Positions 26,369 through 34,347 of a DNA stretch of 64,000 nucleotides are shown here, in pieces. The DNA lies in the NCBI GenBank assembly GCA_009777315.1, contig WRMD01000002.1:10401-74400 (forward strand), given 5' to 3'. Under the pieces are notes generated by a model. That model was not told the DNA's origin. It saw only the letters and a list, made by a program, of their open reading frames with translations, and did no database searches. How positions within the stretch are numbered: position 1 is the stretch's first letter; each line of letters opens with the position of its first letter. The stretch is from Candidatus Saccharimonadota bacterium (GTDB lineage Bacteria; Patescibacteriota; Saccharimonadia; Saccharimonadales; Saccharimonadaceae). The position numbers were made by a program, and so were the translations under genes.

Positions 26369-26475
26369 AAAATATCCTTCGTTTAGGTTGAGTTCTTCGG
26401 GCCAGGGATATTTAGCTATTCATAGTGTTATTATAGCACAAAGCTATAGTATAATCTAGTTGGAGTGAAAGTATT

Positions 26476-27165
26476 ATGAATACCCATAGTTTTACGGGCA
26501 AATCACAGGCCTACGCCATAGCACGTCCGAGCTATCCTGACGAGGCAATTAGATACATACGCTCACTTGTTCCAGTCGATGCGGTCTTTGCAGATATTGG
26601 TGCGGGTACAGGAAAGTTCTCAATTCTTATCGCTAAATGTGGGTATGAGGTGTTTGCTGTTGAGCCTAATGCGGACATGCGAGAGCAGCTTGTTACTACA
26701 CTTGCACCTTTCCCGAATGCACGAATTGTTGAGGGGGCAGCAGAGGCATCGACTCTTGCTGATAGCAGTATTGACGTCATTACTTGTGCGCAAGCACTCG
26801 GGTGGTTTAATCTGGATAAATTTAAGGCGGAATGCCGAAGAATTGGAAAACCGGGAGCTATTGTAATTTCTATACATAATGAAATGCCAGGTGACGATTT
26901 CGTGCCAAGCAATAATCGACTTACTAATAAACGAGCTGCTGAAGTGTTCTTTAAAGACCTAGTTTCCAAAAAATTTAGCAACCCGATTTCTTATACACGG
27001 GAGAAATGGCTTTCGTACAATGCGTCGATTTCGGATAACCCTCAGCCGCTTGACCAAGGATATGAGGTACATGTAACCGAGCTGAACGCAATTTTTGATA
27101 GCGAAAATGTTGCCGGTCTTCTTCGTCATAACTTGATTACTAGAGTGTGTAGCGGAATAATATAA
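26476..27165 (+). CDS. class I SAM-dependent methyltransferase
   Basis: Motif I is FADIGAGTGKFS. TATAAT lies about 20 nt upstream with a GGAG RBS. Confidence 0.7.
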   Translation: MNTHSFTGKSQAYAIARPSYPDEAIRYIRSLVPVDAVFADIGAGTGKFSILIAKCGYEVFAVEPNADMREQLVTTLAPFPNARIVEGAAEASTLADSSIDVITCAQALGWFNLDKFKAECRRIGKPGAIVISIHNEMPGDDFVPSNNRLTNKRAAEVFFKDLVSKKFSNPISYTREKWLSYNASISDNPQPLDQGYEVHVTELNAIFDSENVAGLLRHNLITRVCSGII

Positions 27166-27181
27166 TAACAAATGGTCAATT

Positions 27182-27946
27182 ATGAAAAATGCGGTTAGAA
27201 TCGGCGCCTGCCAGACACCAGAGATAATTGGTGATTCAGCTGCGGCGCTTGGTTGCATGTTGCAATTTGCAAAAGAGGCCGAGGGTAAAGAAGTAGACTT
27301 GCTGTTGTTCCCCGAGTGTTTTTTGACTGGGTATATATTGACCGAAGAGTACTTAGAGGAAAACGCGTTTGATTTTGCGTCCGAGGAGTTCGCGAAAATA
27401 CTTGAACGGCTGGCTGGCGTAAAACAGATAGTCGTTTTTGGCGCAATGGAGAAAGAGTCGGGAAAGTATTTTAACTCTGCTGTTGTGGTGGAAAAGGGTG
27501 AGATTGTTGGGGCTTATCGTAAGGTGCACCTTATAAACCCGAATGAAACAGCGTTGATCGCGGCGGGCGAAGATTTTCCAGCTTTCGAGGTCAAGGGGTT
27601 GAGGTATGGGATCAATATCTGCTACGATACGCAATTTGCGGAAGCGGCGGGAGTGGTGGCCGAGCAGGGCGCGCAGCTTTTGCTATCGCCGGCGCAAAAT
27701 ATGATACGGCGGGGGAATGCTGAGAAGTGGAAAGATAAGCACAGTGAGGTATGCGCGGAGAGAGTCAAAGAAACCGGCTTGTGGTTTGTCCGTTCGGACG
27801 TGACCGGCGTGCGTCCGGCAGATGAGAAGGGCGTGGAGCGCGTTGCGTATGGTCCGACGCTGGCGATGAATCCAAAAGCCGAAATTGTTGCGCGGGTGCC
27901 GCTTATGACTGAGGGTATGATTACGGTTGATATTCCTTTGGCGTAA
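27182..27946 (+). CDS. carbon-nitrogen hydrolase (nitrilase superfamily)
   Basis: The E-K-C triad context is LLFPECF, YRKVHL and GINICYD. Confidence 0.8.
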   Translation: MKNAVRIGACQTPEIIGDSAAALGCMLQFAKEAEGKEVDLLLFPECFLTGYILTEEYLEENAFDFASEEFAKILERLAGVKQIVVFGAMEKESGKYFNSAVVVEKGEIVGAYRKVHLINPNETALIAAGEDFPAFEVKGLRYGINICYDTQFAEAAGVVAEQGAQLLLSPAQNMIRRGNAEKWKDKHSEVCAERVKETGLWFVRSDVTGVRPADEKGVERVAYGPTLAMNPKAEIVARVPLMTEGMITVDIPLA

Positions 27947-27952
27947 ACTTAT

Positions 27953-28163
27953 CCTCCCCACCCCCTACGGGTAGACACAGCGGAGGGTAATGCCTATTTG
28001 TTTTGGCAGGGTATTTGTAGCCGGGCTGAACGAATTCTGTTGCATGTTAAGGCGCATAAAGTGCGTAGCCGAAGCCAAAGATGGTGTGTGCCAAGATGTA
28101 TGCGTAGATTGAGTCTGTAGGCCATTTGGAATATGAAGAGTATCTGCCGAGACAGTGGCGAAG
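27953..28163 (-). repeat. hypervariable cassette arm L10 (element 27953-28488)
   Basis: Outer boundary at 27953-27987 and inner boundary at 28151-28163. Open frame from track ORF 27965-28222: FATVSADTLHIPNGLQTQSTHTSWHTPSLASATHFMRLNMQQNSFSPATNTLPKQIGITLRCVYP*. Confidence 0.9.
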
Positions 28164-28184
28164 AGAAACTTTATAAAGTTTCTC
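28163..28184. repeat. 22-bp perfect palindrome gagaaactttataaagtttctc
   Basis: Self-complementary by inspection. A second core copy is at 28222-28237. Confidence 0.85.
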
Positions 28185-28265
28185 TCCCCACACTTACCCC
28201 TGCTAAATTGATCCAAATCCAAAACTTTATAAAGTTTCGACCTCTCCCCGGAGACTCCCGAAGCC

Positions 28266-28488
28266 CTCCTTCGCCACTGTCTCTACCGGGTTCTTTAGTC
28301 CTATAGCCTCTTATGCTGGTATGCGTAACCCGTCAGAGAATGCCACTTCGTGGACGGCGTCACTAGTCACGGTAATAAACTCTGCGGGTATGATGGTTAC
28401 TACAAATATCCGTCCGGGCGAAGGTTCTTTCGACACTAAAGCCTATGGCCTTTCCCTACGCTGTGTCTACCCGTAGGGGGTGGGGAGG
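28266..28488 (+). repeat. hypervariable cassette arm R11 (element 27953-28488)
   Basis: Inner boundary at 28266-28281 and TAG at 28474-28476. The Leu codon is cta. Open frame: FATVSTGFFSPIASYAGMRNPSENATSWTASLVTVINSAGMMVTTNIRPGEGSFDTKAYGLSLRCVYP*. Confidence 0.9.
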
Positions 28489-28532
28489 AGAAGAAGTTTA
28501 TGCTATGATATAGACAATGAGATGGAGGTAGG

Positions 28533-29258
28533 ATGGCGGTGATTGAGATTAAGAACTTGACGAAAAAGTTTGGGAAGTTTACGGCGCTACATAAAGTGAA
28601 TCTTTCGGTGAATGAGGGGGAGTGTTTTGGGTTTATTGGGCCGAACGGAGCGGGGAAATCGACGACGATACGAACGATTCTCGGGATTCTGAAGGCGACG
28701 GAAGGCAGCGTGCAAGTGTTTGGTAAGGACGCGTGGAAAGACGCGGTGGAGATACATAAGCGGATTGCGTATGTGCCGGGGGATGTGAATCTTTGGTCGA
28801 ATTTGACGGGCGGGGAAGTGATTGATTTGTTTGTGGCGCTCAGGGGGAAGCATAATCCGAAGCGGCGGGCGGAGTTGATAAAGAAGTTTCAACTGGATCC
28901 GACGAAAAAGTGTGGGACGTATAGTAAGGGGAACCGGCAGAAGGTGGCGTTGGTGGCGGCGCTGGCGAGTGATGTGGATTTATATATATTGGATGAGCCG
29001 ACGAGTGGGCTGGATCCGTTGATGGAGCAGGTGTTTCGGGGGGAGATTCAGCGGCTGAAGGAGGCGGGGAAGACGGTGTTTTTGAGTAGTCATATTTTGC
29101 AGGAAGTGGAGCTATTGTGTAGCCGAGTGGGGATTATTCGCGAGGGGCGGATCGTGGAAGTGGGGTTGCTGCATGAGATGAAGAAGCTGGCGGAAAAAGA
29201 ATCGAGCTTGGAAGAATTGTTTATGAAGCATTATGAAAAGGATGTGGAGGAGGGCTAG
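28533..29258 (+). CDS. ABC transporter ATP-binding protein
   Basis: Walker A is GPNGAGKST, signature is YSKGNRQK and Walker B is YILDEPTSGLD. Confidence 0.9.
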   Translation: MAVIEIKNLTKKFGKFTALHKVNLSVNEGECFGFIGPNGAGKSTTIRTILGILKATEGSVQVFGKDAWKDAVEIHKRIAYVPGDVNLWSNLTGGEVIDLFVALRGKHNPKRRAELIKKFQLDPTKKCGTYSKGNRQKVALVAALASDVDLYILDEPTSGLDPLMEQVFRGEIQRLKEAGKTVFLSSHILQEVELLCSRVGIIREGRIVEVGLLHEMKKLAEKESSLEELFMKHYEKDVEEG

Positions 29259-29261
29259 CCC

Positions 29262-30860
29262 ATGTTCGAGAAATTGGCGCGCGGGAGTGGACGGCTGAGC
29301 AGGTTTGTATTGAAGCGCGAGTGGCTCAGGATAGTGATATGGACCGTGTGTTTGGTCGGCATGAGCGTGGTGGTGGTGCTGGCGTTTACGCGGATGTTTG
29401 ACACGCCGGAGAGTCGACAGGAAATGGTGGTGGCGATGGAGAATCCGGCGATGGTGGCGATGGTGGGAAAGAGCGCAGGGTATGCGAACTATACGATTGG
29501 CGCGATGAACGCGCACATGATGATGGTGTTTATGGCGATTGCTATCGGCGTGATGAATATCTTTATGGTGGTGCGGCATACGCGGCGCGATGAGGAGCTG
29601 GGGCGGCAGGAGTTGATACGTAGTTTGCCGGTGGGGCATTTGGCGCCGCTGTCGGCGACGCTGATGGTGGCTGCGGCAGTAAACTTGGTGATTGGACTGG
29701 GTATTGGCTTGGCGATGGCGGGTCTGGGTGTGGCAAGCGTGGACTTTGCTGGATCGATCTTGTACGGGCTGGCGCTCGGAGCGGTGGGGCTGGTGTTTGC
29801 AGGGATCGCGGCGGTAACTGCGCAGTTGGCACAGACAGCGCGTGGGGCGACGAGTATCGCGATGGGGATATTGATAGTGAGTTATTTGGTGCGGGCGGTG
29901 GGGGATATGAATGCGGAATGGCTGTCGAGGCTGTCGCCGCTAGGGCTGGTGATGGAGACGGAAGCGGCGGTGAATAATATATGGTGGCCGGTGTGGGTGC
30001 TGATTGCGATAGCGGCAGTGCTGATGGTGGGGGCGTTATGGCTGAATGAAGTGCGGGATATGGATCAAGGATTCTTGCCGGCGCGGCCGGGGCGGGCGAA
30101 TGCGTCGAAATGGTTGCAGTCGCCGCTGGGGTTGTCGCTGCGGCTGATGCGTGGGTCGATAGTTGCGTGGGTGATAGTGATGCTACTGTTTGGTGCGTCG
30201 TATGGGTCGGTGCTGGGTGATACGGAAGCGTTTAGTGATACGATTGCGACGATGACGGGCGGGGTGGCGGCGGGTGAGGATTTAGCGGTGGCGTTCGTGA
30301 GTGTTTTGATGCTGATATTGTCGCTGTGCGCGTGTATACCGGGGCTGATAATGGCGCTGAAGTTGCGGGCTGAGGAAAGGCGCGGGCGGCTGGAGGCGAT
30401 ACTGGCGGGGTCGGTGGATAAAGGGAGGATTTTTTGGTCGTATGTGGGGCCGGCGCTGGATTTTAGTTTGGTGGCGATGGTGCTGGCGGTGGTCGGGCTG
30501 TGGAGTGCAGGGGTGGCGACGATGGAGACGCCGATTGCGTTTTGGGAGATGCTTAGGGCGGTGTTGGTGTTCTTGCCGGCGGTGTGGATGACGGTTGGGT
30601 TGGCGGCGTTTTTGATAGGGGTGGCGCCAAAGATTGCTTCGTGGGTGTGGGGGTTCTTTGTGGGGTCGTTTTTGGTGGTGTATGTCGGGAATATCGTTGG
30701 GCTGCCGGAGTGGGCAAAGAGGTTGACGCCGTTTGGCTGGGTATCTAATGCAATGGTAGAGGATATAAGCTGGGTGCCGTTGATCGTGACGACGGGGATC
30801 GCGGTGGCGCTGGTGCTAACTGGGGTATATGCGTATAGAAGACGGGAAATGGTGAGTTAA
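29262..30860 (+). CDS. ABC-2 type transporter permease
   Basis: 532 aa with about 12 hydrophobic helices. It lies 3 nt after the ATPase gene. Confidence 0.7.
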   Translation: MFEKLARGSGRLSRFVLKREWLRIVIWTVCLVGMSVVVVLAFTRMFDTPESRQEMVVAMENPAMVAMVGKSAGYANYTIGAMNAHMMMVFMAIAIGVMNIFMVVRHTRRDEELGRQELIRSLPVGHLAPLSATLMVAAAVNLVIGLGIGLAMAGLGVASVDFAGSILYGLALGAVGLVFAGIAAVTAQLAQTARGATSIAMGILIVSYLVRAVGDMNAEWLSRLSPLGLVMETEAAVNNIWWPVWVLIAIAAVLMVGALWLNEVRDMDQGFLPARPGRANASKWLQSPLGLSLRLMRGSIVAWVIVMLLFGASYGSVLGDTEAFSDTIATMTGGVAAGEDLAVAFVSVLMLILSLCACIPGLIMALKLRAEERRGRLEAILAGSVDKGRIFWSYVGPALDFSLVAMVLAVVGLWSAGVATMETPIAFWEMLRAVLVFLPAVWMTVGLAAFLIGVAPKIASWVWGFFVGSFLVVYVGNIVGLPEWAKRLTPFGWVSNAMVEDISWVPLIVTTGIAVALVLTGVYAYRRREMVS

Positions 30861-30863
30861 TTG

Positions 30864-30892
30864 TTGACAGTGGGAAAACGCTTATGTATACT
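30864..30892 (+). promoter_or_regulatory. sigma-70 type promoter TTGACA-N17-TATACT for the leaderless pilin gene
   Basis: The -35 element is at 30864-30869 and the -10 at 30887-30892. The -10 ends 6 nt before the ATG at 30899. Confidence 0.55.
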
Positions 30893-30898
30893 AATGTT

Positions 30899-31393
30899 AT
30901 GGACAAGAATGTAAAAAAGCGTGGGTTTACAATTATTGAAGTTGTGTTGGTGCTTGCGATTGCAGGCCTTATCTTCTTGATGGTGTTTATTGCGTTGCCA
31001 GCGCTGCAACGTAACCAACGAGATACGCAGCGAGAAAATGACTTAGGTCGGATGATGGCGGCGTTGACGCGGTTCCGTGCTAACAACAGGAACAGGCTTC
31101 CGGGTGAAGGGCAGCCGGGTGGTGTAACTGCGGTGAACCACTGGAATACCTTCCGGGATCGATATTTGATGGTGAACAACGATACGTTTGAGGATCCGCA
31201 GTCGGGTGTCGTGTACAACTTTACTGTTGTGAACGGTGCGGCTGGTGATCCGGGTGATGCCGGTAGCGGAAACCTGCGGGTACATATTGGCGCGCGATGT
31301 AATGGTGAAGCGGCTGAGGCTGTGGCTGGAAACCGAAACGTGGCGGTGCGAATGCGGCTTGAAGGTGGCGGTATTATTTGTCAGAGTAACTAG
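30899..31393 (+). CDS. type IV pilin-like protein (prepilin-type N-terminal cleavage/methylation motif)
   Basis: MDKNVKKRGFTIIEVVLVLAIAGLIFLMVF, i.e. G-F-T-x-x-E followed by a hydrophobic helix. The track ORF starts at 30884 and I prefer 30899. Confidence 0.7.
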   Translation: MDKNVKKRGFTIIEVVLVLAIAGLIFLMVFIALPALQRNQRDTQRENDLGRMMAALTRFRANNRNRLPGEGQPGGVTAVNHWNTFRDRYLMVNNDTFEDPQSGVVYNFTVVNGAAGDPGDAGSGNLRVHIGARCNGEAAEAVAGNRNVAVRMRLEGGGIICQSN

Positions 31394-31413
31394 TAGTTAG
31401 GTAGGAAGATTAG

Positions 31414-31438
31414 ACCCCGCTGTAAAGCGGGGTTTTCT
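31414..31438 (+). terminator. rho-independent terminator after the pilin gene
   Basis: Stem accccgc-tgtaaa-gcggggt followed by TTTCT. Confidence 0.7.
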
Positions 31439-31570
31439 AGTGCCTCAAATAAAGCTCTAGCAAAAGCCTCACCAAGGTACAGAATTACCGCCGCTCGACG
31501 GGTTCACTACCGTTCGGTGGACACTTCCAGATCCTCCACTTACTCGAGTATACGGGCTAGGCCGGAGTGC

Positions 31571-31722
31571 AAAGCTTTAAAACAAGCTGCCGGGTACAGA
31601 ATTTCTCCGCAAACAGAATAACTTCCGCCCATCGCCATGGGGGAAGTTTTCTTCCCCCTCAGGCTGCCGCCTTCCGGGACGTTGCCGGAGAAATTGTACC
31701 TCGGCGCGCTTGTTTTAAAGCT
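31571..31722 (+). repeat. repeat module family B, copy 3 (terminator hairpin at 31622-31651)
   Basis: Outer stems are aaagctttaaaacaagc / gcttgttttaaagct and ggtacagaatttctccg / cggagaaattgtacc. It has the same core as copies 1 and 2. Confidence 0.65.
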
Positions 31723-31733
31723 AGTGTCTTATA

Positions 31734-31948
31734 CCCCACCCCCTACGGGTAGACACAGCGGAGGGAATGGCCGTAATGCTTGTAGCGGCTTCCGGCTATA
31801 CCAGATTCTGTAGCGCTGATAGACACTCGCGTAAGAGCCGGGCGACTTGCTGCCACGTCAAGTGACGCGTTCATCCAGCGTTCTTGCTGAGATTGGCCAG
31901 TCACACCTTGTGACGACAGAAAGTAACTACTCGAGACAGTGGCGAAGG
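31734..31948 (-). repeat. hypervariable cassette arm L12 (element 31734-32331)
   Basis: The outer boundary starts ccccaccccctacggg, so the first 3 nt differ from consensus. The inner boundary is at 31935-31948. Open frame: FATVSSSYFLSSQGVTGQSQQERWMNASLDVAASRPALTRVSISATESGIAGSRYKHYGHSLRCVYP*. Confidence 0.9.
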
Positions 31949-32032
31949 AGGTCTAGCCCGCTAGCGCTCACGGGGGTAAGAAACTTTATAAAGCTTTGGA
32001 TTTAGGCTTATTTAACAGGGGTAAGTGTGAGG

Positions 32033-32056
32033 AGAGAAACTTTATAAAGTTTCTCT
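32033..32056. repeat. 24-bp perfect palindrome agagaaactttataaagtttctct
   Basis: Self-complementary by inspection. An imperfect copy is at 31980-31994. Confidence 0.85.
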
Positions 32057-32331
32057 TCGCCACTGTCTCGGAGGGGTTCTTTTGGTCGGGTACTGACATA
32101 CGGGAGCAGTCTGAGCTAACGCACTGGTGGTCTGGCTCGCTTTTCTCTAGCACAAGTCCTGCGCGTATCCGCTTAAGTGAAATAGCGATTGATCTGGCTA
32201 CTGGTACACACCAGAAAAACCATGGTAGATCCCTCCGCTGTGTCTACAGATACTCCTCCTACTCGCCTTGCAGGCTCGGACAGGACGCCCGAGGCAGGCA
32301 GAGCCTGACCTCGGGCTAGGGGGTGGGGAGG
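32053..32331 (+). repeat. hypervariable cassette arm R13 with an interrupted outer boundary
   Basis: The inner boundary ctcttcgccactgtc is at 32053-32067. The boundary is split after gtctac at 32247 by 69 nt and resumes with tagggggtggggagg at 32317. Frame from track ORF 31996-32319: FATVSEGFFWSGTDIREQSELTHWWSGSLFSSTSPARIRLSEIAIDLATGTHQKNHGRSLRCVY then RYSSYSPCRLGQDARGRQSLTSG*. Confidence 0.85.
32248..32316 (+). other. 69-nt insertion inside the arm outer boundary
   Basis: The sequence is agatactcctcctactcgccttgcaggctcggacaggacgcccgaggcaggcagagcctgacctcgggc. It contains the 8-bp hairpin gcccgagg...cctcgggc and replaces the ccg Pro codon. Confidence 0.8.
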
Positions 32332-32348
32332 TGTGGTAAAATAGGAGT

Positions 32349-32843
32349 ATGATAAAGGGTATGCGAGCTGGCTTGATAAGCGTGATGCTGGTGATGGCGA
32401 GCGGACAGGTGGTGGATGCCGCGACGATGGATCAGATCGTGAGAAATTGCGCGCGGGCGCAAGACCAGCTGACGGAAGTGGCGCTTAGTGACCAAGCGAT
32501 GGCGTTACAGCTGACACGAAACTATCACCACATCCTGGAGAATATGCTGATGCCGATGAATGAACGACTGATAAGAAACGGGCGGTTTGTAGAGCCGCTG
32601 GTGAGGACGTCGAGTGAAGTGGCGGCGACGATTGTGGAGTGGGAAGAAGATGTGACTTCATATATCAATAAACTACAGACGCTCAGAGCGGTGAACTGCG
32701 TGACGGAGCCGGAGATGTTTGCGGCGGGGTTAAGTGACACGCGGGCGGCGAGGGCGTGGCTGGTGTTGCAAAATCAGCAGATGTTGGATCTGCTGACGGA
32801 ATATCAAGCGGCGTTGCCGGCGATATGGGAGTCGGATATATGA
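32349..32843 (+). CDS. hypothetical secreted protein
   Basis: 164 aa with the signal-like N-terminus MIKGMRAGLISVMLVMASGQVVDA. TGgTAAAAT lies 6 nt upstream of the ATG. Confidence 0.5.
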   Translation: MIKGMRAGLISVMLVMASGQVVDAATMDQIVRNCARAQDQLTEVALSDQAMALQLTRNYHHILENMLMPMNERLIRNGRFVEPLVRTSSEVAATIVEWEEDVTSYINKLQTLRAVNCVTEPEMFAAGLSDTRAARAWLVLQNQQMLDLLTEYQAALPAIWESDI

Positions 32844-33178
32844 GTGAGTCGGGCGAGCCGGTAGCGGAAAAGAATACAGGATCGCGGAACTTATGGATGC
32901 TGTTTGGGCTGGCTGTGCTAGCGACCGGTGTGGTGGTAGCGGGGGGGCTAGCGTTGTATTATGGTTCGGGAACGTATTTGCTCGATCTGTCGCGACCGCG
33001 AGGGGAGTGGCTAGAGGTACTGCCGGAGGAGGATTGGAGCTTTAGGGCGGAAGGGGATCTCAACCAGCGGGATCTGTATGAGTTTATTGAGCAGTTTAGT
33101 GGGATGCGGGGAAGAATTAATGATAGCCGCGTGTTTGCCGGAGATGAGCTGACGGATGAGGGGCTGGGGTTACGATAA
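32840..33178 (+). CDS. hypothetical membrane-anchored protein
   Basis: ATGA overlap with the previous stop. The sequence begins MSESGEPVAEKNTGSRNLWMLFGLAVLATGVVVAGGLALYY. The track ORF starts at 32756 in the same frame. Confidence 0.45.
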   Translation: MSESGEPVAEKNTGSRNLWMLFGLAVLATGVVVAGGLALYYGSGTYLLDLSRPRGEWLEVLPEEDWSFRAEGDLNQRDLYEFIEQFSGMRGRINDSRVFAGDELTDEGLGLR

Positions 33179-33192
33179 TTTAAGGGGGAAGA

Positions 33193-34347
33193 ATGAAGAT
33201 ATATTTTATCGGGATAAAAGGGACGGGGCTGAAGCCGCTGGCTGAGTTCGCGAGGGAGGCGGGGATGGAAGTGGCCGGGTCGGATCGGGAGGAACGCGTG
33301 GGGGATTTTGCGGTGGCGGAGGCGGATTGGGTGGTGTATTCGAGCGCGATACCGGCGACGGATATTGAGCTGATGAAGGCGAAGGCGGCGGGGAAGCGGA
33401 TGAGCAAACGGCATGAGTTGATAAATGAGTTGATGGAGAAGCTGGGTCTAAAAATGCTGGCGGTGGCGGGGTCGCATGGGAAGACGACGACGGTGAGTAT
33501 GTTGGCGTGGGCGTGCCATAAGACGGGGCAAAAAGTGTCGTATTTGGTGGGAAGTGATTTGCCGTGGGAAGAGGGGAAGAGTGGGCATTATGAGGCGGGG
33601 TCGGAGTGGTTGATATATGAGGCGGATGAGTATGATAGGAACTTTTTAAACTTTCGGCCAGCGGTGGCGGGGATTACGACGGTGAGCTATGACCATCCGG
33701 ATATTTATGAGACGGAGGCGGATTATGTGGAGGCGTTTCGGCAGTTTCGGGAGCAGAGTGAGGTGGTGGTGGAGAATGTGCCAGTGGATGAGGGCTTAAC
33801 CTTGGCGGGGGAGCTTAGGCGATATGATGCGAGCTTGGCGATGGCGATGCTAAGGCTAGCGTATCCGGAAGTGACGCGAGATGCTTGGGTGGCGGCGCTG
33901 AATAGTTTTCCGTCGCCGGCGAGGAGGTTTGAGGAGATAGCGTCGTGCGTGGTGACGGATTACGCGCATCACCCAGAGGAGGTGGCGGCGACAATGAAGA
34001 TGGCTAAGGAAGTGGCGGCGGTGCGGGGCTTGCAGGGGGTGGTAGCGCTATATGAGCCACACCAAAACGCGCGGCAAGTGCAGATGATTGATGATTATGC
34101 GGAGGCGTTTAGTGGGGCGGCGCAGGTGCTCTGGCTGCCGACGTATTTGACGCGGGAGAAGGCGGGGCAGCGAGTGATACCGGCTGAGGAATTTGTAGAG
34201 AGGATAAAGGGTGTGCCGGCGGAAGCGGTAGAGATGGATGATAAGCTAGCGAGGCGGCTGTGGAAGATGCGACAGGATGGGTATTTGATTTTGTTGATGT
34301 CGGCAGGGCCGGCGGATGGGTGGTATAGGAAGGCGTGGAGGGTTTAG
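33193..34347 (+). CDS. Mur ligase family protein (MurC/Mpl-like)
   Basis: N-terminal IGIKGTGLKPLAEFA, P-loop AGSHGKTTT, and DEYDRNF. Confidence 0.7.
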   Translation: MKIYFIGIKGTGLKPLAEFAREAGMEVAGSDREERVGDFAVAEADWVVYSSAIPATDIELMKAKAAGKRMSKRHELINELMEKLGLKMLAVAGSHGKTTTVSMLAWACHKTGQKVSYLVGSDLPWEEGKSGHYEAGSEWLIYEADEYDRNFLNFRPAVAGITTVSYDHPDIYETEADYVEAFRQFREQSEVVVENVPVDEGLTLAGELRRYDASLAMAMLRLAYPEVTRDAWVAALNSFPSPARRFEEIASCVVTDYAHHPEEVAATMKMAKEVAAVRGLQGVVALYEPHQNARQVQMIDDYAEAFSGAAQVLWLPTYLTREKAGQRVIPAEEFVERIKGVPAEAVEMDDKLARRLWKMRQDGYLILLMSAGPADGWYRKAWRV

